Shown: positions 1 to 9,826, counted from the first letter of the stretch. The stretch: DNA of 64,000 nucleotides from Candidatus Woesearchaeota archaeon (GCA_964481835.1 CAYZTT010000002.1:7533-71532), one strand, 5' to 3'. A program made the numbers and translations. Notes: a model not told the origin generated them from the letters alone.

Positions 1-47
1 AATCAACAAAATCACTGCTCTTTTCATAAAAAGAATTTGTTATCTAT

Positions 48-875
48 TTATTTAAATTCATCGATTTTTTTCTGGCCGAAGCAAATGTCATAGAAATTGC
101 ATTGCCCCGTGGACCATTTGCATAGGGGCGAAGTTTTCATTGGAAAATCTTGAATATCTTCAGATTTTGTATTCTCTTGAATCATCGCACATTCTTGCTT
201 GGCCAATTCAATTAACTCCTTATCGACTTTCAGATACTTTAAACCGTGTTTTAGGAAATCTATCCCTACAAGATCTGGATGCTTTCCGTATTTTTCAAAA
301 TAAAGTAATGCATAGATTGCTAATTGAAGTCTATATTCATCAGAGACAGTATCTTTCTTAGATGTTTTATAATCTATCAAAGAGATTTCTCCATTAACGT
401 CGTGTATTGCATCAATGAACCCCTGGACCTGATGCTCTTCAGATTTAAAATAAACCTCTGTTTCAGGTTTTAGGAGCTTGAAGGCTTCCTTGAATGATAA
501 ATGCGTGTTTTGTTTTAGTTGTATCCTATTTAATAGCGATTCAAACCAGGAATTAATCATTGTTTGGGATTCTTTATAGTAAAATTCTAGTTTTTCTTGA
601 CCGAGTTTTAGATCTATCAATTTTTTTTGGGATTTATTCCATTCTTCTTTGAAAATGCTCTGCAATAATATATTTAGTTCGAATTCTATATTTTCGTCCC
701 CCATGGAGTCAATATTAAGTTTAAAGAAATCTTCTAAGACTGTGTGTACAATATTCCCCCGGATTAAATGTATGGAGGCTAGTGTGGGCAATTTTAGAAT
801 ATATTGATAATAATACTTCCTGGGGCACTGCTTATATGTGTTTATTGAACTCGGGGATTGAACTCTTTGTGCCAT
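48..875 (-). CDS. Cas4/RecB-family PD-(D/E)XK nuclease with 4-Cys Fe-S signature (standalone, no cas neighbours)
   Basis: N-terminal Cys (KQCPRKYYY), IDAIHD and IDYK nuclease motifs, C-terminal C-x6-C-x5-C (CKWSTGQCNFYDIC). Confidence 0.6.
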   Translation of the reverse strand: MAQRVQSPSSINTYKQCPRKYYYQYILKLPTLASIHLIRGNIVHTVLEDFFKLNIDSMGDENIEFELNILLQSIFKEEWNKSQKKLIDLKLGQEKLEFYYKESQTMINSWFESLLNRIQLKQNTHLSFKEAFKLLKPETEVYFKSEEHQVQGFIDAIHDVNGEISLIDYKTSKKDTVSDEYRLQLAIYALLYFEKYGKHPDLVGIDFLKHGLKYLKVDKELIELAKQECAMIQENTKSEDIQDFPMKTSPLCKWSTGQCNFYDICFGQKKIDEFK

Positions 876-929
876 TATTAAAAAATAGTTATTCGTTTTA
901 AAAGGATTATCTAAGTGGAGAATATAGGT

Positions 930-2714
930 TTATTTAATGTAGCCTCCCTTTTGGAGATTCCAGAGTTTTTTATACTCTCCTTCTTGTTGGATTAGCTCAT
1001 TATGGGGGCCTTTCTGTATTATCTTTCCTTTTTTTAGTACTACAATTGTATCTGCCTGCATTATTGTAGAGAGCCTATGGGCAATTATAATGGAGGTTCT
1101 TCCTTTCATCAATCTTTCTAGATCTTTTTGAATTTCATATTCTGTGTGAGAATCTAGAGAGGATGTGGCTTCATCTAGAAGCAATACTTTTTTATTGGCT
1201 AGGATTGCTCTGGCTATTGAAACTCTTTGTTTTTCTCCGCCAGATAGTTTGACTCCCCTTTCGCCAACAATAGTATGTTCCTTGTATGGAAAGTCATTTA
1301 CTACCCTATCTAGTTGTGCGAATTTTATTGCCCTCATTACTTCTTTTTTTGTGGCCCTTGGGTTTGAGAATTTGATGTTATTGTATATGGAGTCGTCAAA
1401 TAGTATACACTCTTGAGGAACTATGCTTAATTCAGATCTTAGGGATTCTTGTTTTATGTCTTTTATGTCTTTCCCATCAATTAGTATCCCTCCGGAGTTT
1501 ACATCGTATAATCTGTAAATTAACTTTACTAGTGTGGATTTTCCTGAGCCTGAGTGTCCTACGAAGGCAACCTTTTTGTTTTTGGGGATTCTTAAGCTAA
1601 AGTTTTTGAGGAGTCCTTTTTTTTCGTGATATCTAAATGATACGTTTTTGAATTCTATATCTCCATTTTCTATTTTTAGTGCCTTTGCGTTTGGCTTGTC
1701 TTGTATATCATTTTCTATTTTTCCGTATTGGAATAAGGATTCAAAATCTGCCATTGCCCTGTAATAGTTTCTTATCCCGTGTACAAATCCAAATAGTGGG
1801 CCCATTACTGTTCCGAATACTGTATGTATGAAAACAACAGTCCCCAGCGTCATCTCTCCGTTCAAGAAAGCCACTATTGGAAAATAAATTATTAGGAATG
1901 TCCCTATGCCAAGTATTAATGATTGCCCTGCATCGAGCCATCTAAAATATCCCCAGTGTTTTAACATGGCAACTTTTGTATTTTTTATTAGTTTGAGGAA
2001 TTTGTTTTTTATTCCGTCTTCTTTCCCAAAGTGTTTTATGGAATCTATGTTCATCATAAAATCGCTTAGATGGGCTTTTTCGACATCTTCTGTCTCATTT
2101 GCTATTACATTGTACTCTCTTTGCATTTGTTGGATTATGAAACTATACCCAATAAATACTAAAATTGTTATGAATGCCACCAATGCCGGCACCCAGGTAA
2201 AATATAACATGGATGCTCCGACTACAATTAATTGGAATAATAATGGGGCAGTGTTAAATATCAAGACGTCAGTCATTCGTTCTATTGCAGAGCTCCCCCT
2301 CATAATTCTGGATATTAATGATCCTGTTTTATGGGAGGTGTGAAAATTGTGAGAGAGGTGAACTATGTGATTGAAGAACTTCCTTTTTATGTCAAGCATT
2401 AGGTTTGCATCTAAATTATTAATTAAATGTAGATATATCCATTTTAAGAGTGTTCTAGTCAATCTTGAGGCAAGGAATATTCCTGCGATAATCAGTAAAG
2501 TTTCTACGAAGAGTTCTCTGTCTAGGTTGCCTGCGGCATATTCTGTTCCTTGATCTACAATGACCTTGAATAGAAAAGGGGTTAAGACCATTATTGCGGC
2601 CAGAATTAAAGCTATAGATAATATAGTTGCAAAAAGGAATTTATAATTACTTAAAAGGCTCCAATATTCTCTCATATTGTACTTGAAATCGATATCTCGT
2701 TTGATTTTTCTCAT
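930..2714 (-). CDS. ABC transporter, fused permease-ATPase exporter (ABCB/MsbA-like)
   Basis: 594 aa; N-terminal 6-TM domain; Walker A GHSGSGKST, ABC signature LSGGEKQRVSIARA, Walker B LLLDEATS. Confidence 0.85.
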   Translation of the reverse strand: MRKIKRDIDFKYNMREYWSLLSNYKFLFATILSIALILAAIMVLTPFLFKVIVDQGTEYAAGNLDRELFVETLLIIAGIFLASRLTRTLLKWIYLHLINNLDANLMLDIKRKFFNHIVHLSHNFHTSHKTGSLISRIMRGSSAIERMTDVLIFNTAPLLFQLIVVGASMLYFTWVPALVAFITILVFIGYSFIIQQMQREYNVIANETEDVEKAHLSDFMMNIDSIKHFGKEDGIKNKFLKLIKNTKVAMLKHWGYFRWLDAGQSLILGIGTFLIIYFPIVAFLNGEMTLGTVVFIHTVFGTVMGPLFGFVHGIRNYYRAMADFESLFQYGKIENDIQDKPNAKALKIENGDIEFKNVSFRYHEKKGLLKNFSLRIPKNKKVAFVGHSGSGKSTLVKLIYRLYDVNSGGILIDGKDIKDIKQESLRSELSIVPQECILFDDSIYNNIKFSNPRATKKEVMRAIKFAQLDRVVNDFPYKEHTIVGERGVKLSGGEKQRVSIARAILANKKVLLLDEATSSLDSHTEYEIQKDLERLMKGRTSIIIAHRLSTIMQADTIVVLKKGKIIQKGPHNELIQQEGEYKKLWNLQKGGYIK

Positions 2715-2927
2715 TTTAGATAGGTTTAAATATTATTTTCACGTATTATATATATGCCAAAACGAGACGTAATGGATAATTCAAACACCTCTCCTAAATA
2801 TGATTGTCTCGATGAGGAGTATATTTCTGAGGATGAAGATTAATTTGCGAAATAGATTTAAAAATGTTTTTGTTGTAAATCCTATTTAGAAAGGTTTTTA
2901 AATTGAAAAATTAAAATTAGGTTATAG

Positions 2928-3122
2928 GTGAATGTATTGGTTAAGAAAGAAATTAAGGCAAAATCTACAGTAGCTGTTAGGTCTATGCTCGTTGTTAGTG
3001 GATTAATTTCTCTTGTTTTGGGATATTTACTTTGGAATAATATCTGGACCTTAGAACAAATAATTGCAATTATCTTATTCATCGCGGGCCTGTTCAAATT
3101 ATTGATGGGTTTGTTTAGATAA
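2928..3122 (+). CDS. small membrane protein (64 aa, 2 TM)
   Basis: hydrophobic ORF in an intergenic region, in tandem with the following small membrane ORF. Confidence 0.3.
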   Translation: MNVLVKKEIKAKSTVAVRSMLVVSGLISLVLGYLLWNNIWTLEQIIAIILFIAGLFKLLMGLFR

Positions 3123-3139
3123 AGGGAGGTGAAATATAA

Positions 3140-3343
3140 ATGCCAGCAAAAAAAGTTGCACCTGTAGCACAACCGAAGACATGTAATAGTGGAGCTATGA
3201 AATGGGTTCATGGATTACTCTTGATTGTATTGGCCGGGTTCTTATGGTGGGGAAGCATCTCAATTGAAGTTTTCTTCGCAATATTGTTCCTGATCCTGGG
3301 AATTAAGACTCTATTCGGCCATGCACATTGTGGTTGCCATTAG
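3140..3343 (+). CDS. small membrane protein (67 aa) with C-terminal HAHCGCH
   Basis: GGAGG-like sequence (agggaggtg) upstream; hydrophobic helices; followed by a hairpin and T tract. Confidence 0.4.
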   Translation: MPAKKVAPVAQPKTCNSGAMKWVHGLLLIVLAGFLWWGSISIEVFFAILFLILGIKTLFGHAHCGCH

Positions 3344-3375
3344 GTAAATTCCAACCCTTTTTTTTATTTGAATTT

Positions 3376-3390
3376 GGGCTCTAGAGGCCC
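3376..3390. terminator. near-palindromic hairpin GGGCTCTAGAGGCCC preceded by a T9 tract
   Basis: inverted repeat around a CTAGAG core, directly after the ORF ending at 3343. Confidence 0.25.
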
Positions 3391-3445
3391 TGTATTGTTC
3401 TAATTCTAGATGTAGAAAGCTTTATATATTAGTATTTACCTAATA

Positions 3446-3457
3446 GTAGTAACAAAA
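3446..3457 (+). promoter_or_regulatory. GTAGTAACAAAA motif upstream of the 3474 ORF
   Basis: recurrent motif, see findings. Confidence 0.3.
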
Positions 3458-3473
3458 GGGGGAACAATACAAA

Positions 3474-3878
3474 ATGAATTTACTCGGAAAATTAGGATAT
3501 AAAATTTCAAAAGAAACTGCCGGTTTTTTGGCACCTTTAGCTGCTGTATCTAGCATGGCTGGAAAAGGCGGGGATGGTGTTGGAGACAATCTTGCAGCTA
3601 TTTATCATGTACCTAAAGCACTCTATGACGTAGGAAAAGCAGTAGTTATGGATGAAGGCATTAGATCAACTGGATTCAAACTTATGGGAGATTTGGTTGA
3701 TATTGTAGGTACTGGAGCACAAAACCTTGTTGAAAGGCCTATTGAAACAGTAGGTACTGCCGCTGGAGTTTGGGCAGGAACAAGATATGCACCACATTTG
3801 GTTAAAGGCGTAGGAAAACTCTTTTCAAGAAGGGGTTCAAGAGATTCAGGTCCACAGCCAATAACAGAATCATCATAA
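3474..3878 (+). CDS. hypothetical Gly-rich protein (134 aa)
   Basis: ORF with GTAGTAACAAAA motif upstream; no recognisable domain. Confidence 0.45.
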   Translation: MNLLGKLGYKISKETAGFLAPLAAVSSMAGKGGDGVGDNLAAIYHVPKALYDVGKAVVMDEGIRSTGFKLMGDLVDIVGTGAQNLVERPIETVGTAAGVWAGTRYAPHLVKGVGKLFSRRGSRDSGPQPITESS

Positions 3879-3941
3879 AATTTTTCTTTATTCTTTTTAA
3901 TCATATAAGTTTTTATAAAGCGCTTAATTTTTTAGTCCTTA

Positions 3942-5774
3942 ATGAAAGATTTATTTCCATTTGATAGCTATAGAAAAGGGCAAGATTCGTTTATTAAAGT
4001 TGTAAATACTGCCTTACAGCATAAAAAAGATGTCTTGGCGCAAGTTCCTACCGGGGTAGGAAAAACTGCTGCAACGTTAGCTCCGTGCCTTAAATATGCT
4101 ATAGAGAATGATAAACATGTTATTTTTTTGACTTCCAAGCATACACACCATAAGATTGCTATAGATACCCTTAGAGAGATAAAAGAGAAACACAACATTG
4201 ATTTCCAAGTTGCGGATTTTATTGGGAAGCGATGGATGTGTCCAAGGGAAGATATTGGTGCATTGAATTCTAATGAGTTTAGAGTTTTTTGTAAAAATGT
4301 TGTTGAGAATAAGGAATGTGAGTTTTATAGGAATTATTATGATAAATCAAAAGTGTTTGTGAATAAAGGTCTGATGGAGGATTTGAAAAATAATATATAT
4401 CACGTTGAGGAATTAGTTGAAAAATGCGGAAATGCGCAAGTTTGTAGTTTTGAAGCGGCTGTGGAAAATGCGAAGAAAGCAAGGGTCATTATCGTAGATT
4501 ATTTTCATGTTTTGAATCCTGGAACACGAGAGAGATTTTTTAAGAGAATAAACAAGGAAATGAAAAACTGCATTCTAATCTGGGATGAATCCCATAATCT
4601 GCCTTCAAGAGCTAGAGATTTGATGTCTGATACCATTAGTACATTTAGTTTGGACTCTGCAATAAAGGAGGCAGGCAACTTCAACCAAGATTTGGAACCA
4701 GAGATAGTTGAAATTAGGAATAAGTTTATGATATTAAGTGAGAAATTAGGTTTAGAGAATAATGAGATGTTGGTTACTAAAGATTCCTTTGTGGATGTAG
4801 ATACAGATACAATAACGAAGATTATGGATACTGCAGACCAGGTTATTGAAGAGGAAAGGAGAAGCTTTCTTAATGCACTTGGAGGATTCTTGTTAGGTTG
4901 GAAGCGAGAGGATAAAAGATTCTCTAGAATTCTAAAAAGAATTTATACCCGGAGTGGAAAACCTTCTATGGCACTTTCTTTTAATTGTATGGACCCCAGT
5001 ATTGTTTTAGAGGATGTGATTAAAGAGGGGCACTCAAATATTTTTATGTCTGGAACCTTATATCCGTTAGAGATGTATGAAGAGATATTTGGCCTGGATT
5101 TGCCCCTTAAAGTAGAATATGAGAATCCGTTTCCTAAGGAAAATAGGCTCGATTTGGTTGTGCCCGCGATTTCTACAAAGTTTACCCAGAGGAATAGTGA
5201 GATGTATTCTAGGATTGCAGATAACATTAATGAATTGGTTGATATGATAAAAGGGAACAAGATTTTTTTCTTCCCAAGTTATGATTTAATCTCCAAGGTT
5301 AAGGATAAAATAGAGACAAATGATGTCTTTTTTGAAGAAAGTGGGATGGATAAATACACGAGAGAGATCTTGTTAGAGAAATTTTCTAGTATGAAGGACA
5401 AGGGAGCTACACTTATCGCAGTTTCTTCTGGAAGTTTTGGAGAAAGTATAGATTTGAAAGAAGATAAATTAAAGGCCGTTATTGTTGTGGGGATCCCTTT
5501 TGCTAAATCCGACCTAGAGAATAAAGAAATAATTAGATATTATGATGAGAAATTTGGAAAGGGCGTGGAGTATGGATATGTTATTCCAGCATTTACTACT
5601 ATTTTTCAGAATGTTGGGAGATGCATTAGAAGTGAGAATGATTCGGGGGTTATTATTTATTTGGATGAGCGATATGCCTGGAGCACTTACCGGAAATATT
5701 TCCCCAAAAGTATTGAATTAAGAGGATCTAGAGATTATGATGAAGTTAAAGAATTAATAGAAAAAATAAATTAA
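3942..5774 (+). CDS. XPD/Rad3-family (DinG-like) superfamily-2 FeS helicase
   Basis: Walker A QVPTGVGKT; Cys cluster between the helicase motifs (WMCP, FCK, ECEF, KCG, VCS); DEAH-type box IWDESHNL. Confidence 0.8.
   Translation: MKDLFPFDSYRKGQDSFIKVVNTALQHKKDVLAQVPTGVGKTAATLAPCLKYAIENDKHVIFLTSKHTHHKIAIDTLREIKEKHNIDFQVADFIGKRWMCPREDIGALNSNEFRVFCKNVVENKECEFYRNYYDKSKVFVNKGLMEDLKNNIYHVEELVEKCGNAQVCSFEAAVENAKKARVIIVDYFHVLNPGTRERFFKRINKEMKNCILIWDESHNLPSRARDLMSDTISTFSLDSAIKEAGNFNQDLEPEIVEIRNKFMILSEKLGLENNEMLVTKDSFVDVDTDTITKIMDTADQVIEEERRSFLNALGGFLLGWKREDKRFSRILKRIYTRSGKPSMALSFNCMDPSIVLEDVIKEGHSNIFMSGTLYPLEMYEEIFGLDLPLKVEYENPFPKENRLDLVVPAISTKFTQRNSEMYSRIADNINELVDMIKGNKIFFFPSYDLISKVKDKIETNDVFFEESGMDKYTREILLEKFSSMKDKGATLIAVSSGSFGESIDLKEDKLKAVIVVGIPFAKSDLENKEIIRYYDEKFGKGVEYGYVIPAFTTIFQNVGRCIRSENDSGVIIYLDERYAWSTYRKYFPKSIELRGSRDYDEVKELIEKIN
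5737..5770. repeat. 34-bp direct repeat, copy 1 (3' end of the XPD gene)
   Basis: atgatgaagttaaagaattaatagaaaaaataaa, identical to 6881-6914. Confidence 0.8.
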
Positions 5775-6742
5775 ATTATTAAATCGTCTGAAGGAACTTC
5801 AGCAATGTTATCTTTTGAACCTGGTTGAATTGGATCTTTGATAACAGGAATTTGATACTGAACTTCTAGATTTTCTTCGTCAAAATTGGCTCCACTTACA
5901 TTAACTATAAACCTTAATGGTTCTAGTGATGGTTTTGCTTTAACTACAACGAATGCTTGAAATACATAGGCCTTGTCTTTTTCTAGAAATTCAAGTTCGT
6001 TTGATTTTAGATATTTTACTTCGTATGATTCTTGATTTGTTTCTAGATTTAAGACTAAGTTTTGTGCATTTACAAATCCTTCATTTGTAGCTTCGACAGC
6101 CACCCTATATAAGTAAGTTTCTTCGTCAATTTGCTCACCGATGACCTTATTTTTTAATGAAACTTCAGTCTTGGCGGGTAGCATGACATTTACTGGAGCA
6201 TTTACAATTTCCCTGTCAAAGTTGTCTCCTATGACCTTGATATTAAATGTAGGTTTCTCAGCAGTTATTTGCTCTAAAGGAACCCCTATTCTAGCTTGGA
6301 ATACGTAAACTTCGCCAGGCTCTAATGAGTCTAGTGTGTTTGAGTTTAAGTAAGCCATCCTTCCCTGAATAGGTAAAGATTCGACTTCAATCTGTATCTC
6401 TTCTGCAGTACTTGAACCTTCATTTCTTACCTCAACTGCGAGATCATATATGAAGATATCTACATCCAGTTGCCCAACTATTTTAGTTCTTACTGAAATA
6501 TCAGTTGTTTCAGGCGCAGGATCTATTCCAGGATTGCTTGACCCGTATCTTTTTCTGGGAGCTTCCTCTTCAGTTTCTGTCTCTTGTTCAGTCGTTTCCT
6601 CTTCAATTTCTTCGTTTGTTTCTTCAGTAACTTCAAGAGTATTGTCAAAAGATTCATAAGAAAAATTTGGTACTAAAGCTATACCACTAGCTAGACCAAC
6701 TAACAATACAAGTGAAATAACGGTTAATATTGCCTTTTTCAT
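5771..6742 (-). CDS. secreted protein with acidic Glu/Thr-rich linker and two internally repeated beta-rich modules
   Basis: N-terminal signal/TM helix; ETTEQETETEEE linker; repeated xYVFQAxxxV ... NFDxE segments; bracketed by 34-bp direct repeats. Confidence 0.6.
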   Translation of the reverse strand: MKKAILTVISLVLLVGLASGIALVPNFSYESFDNTLEVTEETNEEIEEETTEQETETEEEAPRKRYGSSNPGIDPAPETTDISVRTKIVGQLDVDIFIYDLAVEVRNEGSSTAEEIQIEVESLPIQGRMAYLNSNTLDSLEPGEVYVFQARIGVPLEQITAEKPTFNIKVIGDNFDREIVNAPVNVMLPAKTEVSLKNKVIGEQIDEETYLYRVAVEATNEGFVNAQNLVLNLETNQESYEVKYLKSNELEFLEKDKAYVFQAFVVVKAKPSLEPLRFIVNVSGANFDEENLEVQYQIPVIKDPIQPGSKDNIAEVPSDDLII

Positions 6743-6756
6743 TTTGTTACCTCTAT

Positions 6757-6764
6757 GTAGTAAC
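6757..6764 (+). promoter_or_regulatory. TATGTAGTAAC motif copy next to the start of the 5771-6742 gene (opposite orientation)
   Basis: 11-nt identity to the copy at 26891-26901. Confidence 0.25.
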
Positions 6765-6880
6765 TAGAATTAGGTATTTATAAATCTTTCTATTTGTATT
6801 AACCGAGTAGTAGTTAAAAAAAGAAAAGGATACTACTTGGTTAATTTCCTTGGGAATTTCAGTCAAGTGCCTATGGAATC

Positions 6881-6914
6881 ATGATGAAGTTAAAGAATTA
6901 ATAGAAAAAATAAA
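6881..6914. repeat. 34-bp direct repeat, copy 2
   Basis: identical to 5737-5770. Confidence 0.8.
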
Positions 6915-6922
6915 ATAAAAAA

Positions 6923-7294
6923 TTAAGCTGGTGGAAATTCGTCTCCGTGCTGAGCAGCTTCAACGAAAGGTCCACGAGGTTTTGGTGGTTTTGGAGGATC
7001 ATCACCGTCGTTTACATTGATCTCCGCGCCATGGTTTTCTTTCCCATATTTCTTGACAACCACCTTGGGTTCTTCGACCACGGGTTGCTCTTCTTGAACT
7101 GGAGTAGCTATTGTTTCTTCTGTTGTTGTTTCTTCAATAGCTGCAGAAGTTTCTTCATTAGTTTGTGTTTCTGCGCCTTCTTGGCCTGCCTCTACAGTCA
7201 GGTAGGAATCGATTACATTGTAAGTTCCAGCAAATACACTCGCTATGAACACTAGAAATACGAAAAAAGCTATTTTTTTGTTTGTAAATGCCAT
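6923..7294 (-). CDS. secreted Glu/Thr/Pro-rich protein (123 aa)
   Basis: signal peptide; low-complexity acidic region; PPKPPKP. Confidence 0.5.
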   Translation of the reverse strand: MAFTNKKIAFFVFLVFIASVFAGTYNVIDSYLTVEAGQEGAETQTNEETSAAIEETTTEETIATPVQEEQPVVEEPKVVVKKYGKENHGAEINVNDGDDPPKPPKPRGPFVEAAQHGDEFPPA

Positions 7295-7385
7295 TTTCTA
7301 ATTTTTTAGTTATTGTTATTTTATTTAAAGTTATCTGATTGAAGCTTTCAGTAGATTTATATAGTTGATTTTCTAGATTGCATTT

Positions 7386-7619
7386 ATGAGATTTATTGAG
7401 AAAATTGTCCTATTAGTTGTTATAATCGCTGCCGTAATGGGCTATTTGTACTATAAGGGCGAAATTGACATTGGGGTGTTGGATGATGACCTTACAAGCA
7501 AGGAATGCTTGGATAAGGGAGGAGTAATTGTTAATTCTTTGAGTGGAGAGTGTGATACCGATAAAATAGGGGATATTAGCGATTTGAGATGTCCTTGTGT
7601 GTGCTGCAGCAGTAGTTAG
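7386..7619 (+). CDS. small membrane-anchored Cys-rich protein (77 aa)
   Basis: N-terminal TM helix; CPCVCC tail. Confidence 0.3.
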   Translation: MRFIEKIVLLVVIIAAVMGYLYYKGEIDIGVLDDDLTSKECLDKGGVIVNSLSGECDTDKIGDISDLRCPCVCCSSS

Positions 7620-7642
7620 AAAGGTTTTTAAGTTCTGGTGAT

Positions 7643-7837
7643 ATGAGATTCAGAATGAAAGGGGATAAATTTTCTTGTAAAAATTGTAACTATAAATGGG
7701 CCAATAAGCGAGAAGTAGAACCCACTGTTTGTCCAGGATGTAATAGCAGCCTGATTAATAATGAAAGCGAGGTTGGTAAGCAAATTCTGGCAGACGAAGA
7801 TATTGATGTAATTGATTGGGAAGATGACAGAGAATAA
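7643..7837 (+). CDS. small zinc-ribbon protein (64 aa)
   Basis: CKNC ... CPGC pair. Confidence 0.35.
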   Translation: MRFRMKGDKFSCKNCNYKWANKREVEPTVCPGCNSSLINNESEVGKQILADEDIDVIDWEDDRE

Positions 7838-7937
7838 TCTATCCGCATATAGTGAAGAGGCATCTGAAGAGGCTCAAGAGATACTTGAGAGGCTAAAGGA
7901 TAAAAAGCTTGAAGAAGAGGCTTAAAAATATAGTTTT

Positions 7938-8429
7938 TTGTTCTATAATCTTTTTAAGGATGGTAATTTTTCTAATTTTATGATTTTTGAGCCCACTGGA
8001 GATGATATACTGAATCTTGAACCCAATAATGAGCCATTGGGCAAATGTAAGAAATGTGGGAAGTTGGCTCCGGGAAAAGATTTTCGATTGCATGACGGAT
8101 TGGGGGTTATGGTTTGTAAGAATTGTTTTTCTAGTCCTGGGACCCCCGTAAAAAAAGAGGAAACTAAGGTTATGGTTCCAAAGCCTGTGGAAAAAGAGGT
8201 GATTCCGCGGACGATTGTAATAAATAAAGAAGAAGATGTATTTAGAGAGTTAGATCGGCCTGTAAGAGAGAAGAGAAGATTAGAAAAGAAGAAAGAAGAA
8301 CAGTATAAGAAAATTACATGTGATAAGTGTAGTTTTAAGTTTAGATATAATGAGAGAAAGAATTGGCCAAGTATCTGCCCTAGTTGTGGCAGAGATGTTA
8401 GGAATTTTAAGAGAGGATTTTTTAATTAA
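7938..8429 (+). CDS. zinc-ribbon protein with two CxxC pairs; start uncertain
   Basis: CKKCGK ... CKNC and CDKC ... CPSCGR; basic K/E-rich linker. Confidence 0.45.
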   Translation: MFYNLFKDGNFSNFMIFEPTGDDILNLEPNNEPLGKCKKCGKLAPGKDFRLHDGLGVMVCKNCFSSPGTPVKKEETKVMVPKPVEKEVIPRTIVINKEEDVFRELDRPVREKRRLEKKKEEQYKKITCDKCSFKFRYNERKNWPSICPSCGRDVRNFKRGFFN

Positions 8430-9826
8430 GAAAGTTTTATGTGCCTTAACCTTATAGAGGGCCCCCCCATCAAGACGGGAATTCCTTGCATTGGTTCTCC
8501 TTTTCCACACGTACCTGCAAAAAGCTTTAGATTGTTGGCAATGAGGTCTATTGAAGACCAAAGTTTTGGGGTTGTTAACTCGAGTGCAGGATTTCTTACG
8601 GGTTTGGTAATCTCCCCGTTTTCAATCAGATATGCTTCGTTTCCAACGTATTTCTGTTGATACCTTTTATCATCTATATTCCATTCCATGAAGTTTTTTA
8701 TGTAAACTCCTTTTTTTGTTTCTTTGATGAGTTCTTCTTCGGAGGATTTTCCTGCCTTGAGGAAAGTATTTGCCATCCTAACAATCGGTTCGTTAGAATA
8801 TGAATTTGCCCTTGCGGATCCGTTGCTTTTGATGTTCATTCTTTTGGATGTTTCCCGGTTGTGCAAGAATTCGTTTATTAGTCCATTTTTGTAGAGTGCC
8901 CTTTCCCTTGCTTTTACTCCCTCATCATCATATAAGTAAAATCCATAGCTATTTTCTAGAGTTGGGTCATCAACTATTGTGACATTTTCTGAACCTATTT
9001 TAGACCCAATCATGCCTTCCTCTACGAATGATTCTCCTGCTTGGGCTGCCTCCCTCCCAAAGATTCTATCAGCTTCTGTTGGATGGCCGCATGCCTCATG
9101 AACTGCTATGCCCGTTACCTCCGGGGCTGCGACAATATCTATTTCCTTATTTTTTGGTGGAGCGACCGCATTTTTCAAATTATTCCTAAGGGCCTCAATC
9201 TCTTTTTGAAGTTCGCTTGATAGGTTCCAGGTTTTTAGGGCCTCATACCCAGAAGTGGCGCCTTTTTGTTGATATCTTTGAATGGATTTGTCTCCTTCTA
9301 TCAAAGTTAAGAAATACATGAAATTTATCCTGGGAATTGTTGAGGAGATTTGTGAACCTTCGGTATTCACATAATATTTCTCGTTAATATCATCTGAGAG
9401 TGTTATGTATTTATGTTCGCATTTTAGAGTTTTATCTAGCTCTGTTAGAATTTTTAACTTTTCTTCTTGGGAAAAATCGGCTATGTTTTGTTTTTGTGTT
9501 ACTTTATTTTTCTTTTTTATTCCTTTATGGTGTGCTAATTCAAATGGTTCAGAAATTTTTGAAGCCTTTTCTGTTATCTTTAAGGAGTTTTCTAATTGCG
9601 CCTGTATTTTTTTCTTTTCTAGGTCGTTTATAGAGATAAACCCCATGTTTTTTTTGAATAGGTATCTTACTCCAAGTCCAGAAGACTCATCGAAGCCGGT
9701 TATTTCTGGATTTGAATCCTTTAGTACTAATCCTGTCGAGGTTGTAGTTTCTAGCCTAGCCTCTGCGTAATCTACTCCTTTCTTTTGGAGGAATTCTATT
9801 GAAAAATCTGCTAAATCTTTGTACAT
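8426..9826 (-). CDS. tldD: TldD/PmbA-family metallopeptidase
   Basis: 466 aa; HEACGH motif; Gly-rich C-terminus typical of TldD. Confidence 0.8.
   Translation of the reverse strand: MYKDLADFSIEFLQKKGVDYAEARLETTTSTGLVLKDSNPEITGFDESSGLGVRYLFKKNMGFISINDLEKKKIQAQLENSLKITEKASKISEPFELAHHKGIKKKNKVTQKQNIADFSQEEKLKILTELDKTLKCEHKYITLSDDINEKYYVNTEGSQISSTIPRINFMYFLTLIEGDKSIQRYQQKGATSGYEALKTWNLSSELQKEIEALRNNLKNAVAPPKNKEIDIVAAPEVTGIAVHEACGHPTEADRIFGREAAQAGESFVEEGMIGSKIGSENVTIVDDPTLENSYGFYLYDDEGVKARERALYKNGLINEFLHNRETSKRMNIKSNGSARANSYSNEPIVRMANTFLKAGKSSEEELIKETKKGVYIKNFMEWNIDDKRYQQKYVGNEAYLIENGEITKPVRNPALELTTPKLWSSIDLIANNLKLFAGTCGKGEPMQGIPVLMGGPSIRLRHIKLS

Noticed and set aside
1165-2553. Antisense ORFs (83, 66, 145 and 60 aa) inside the ABC exporter gene
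   Set aside because: Contained within a strongly supported CDS on the opposite strand; no independent signals.
2757-2846. Acidic 29-aa mini-ORF or C/D-box sRNA candidate (GAUGA ... CUGA elements) in the ABC-exporter upstream region
   Set aside because: C box is imperfect (CGAUGA) and no terminal D box or flanking stem found; too weak to call.
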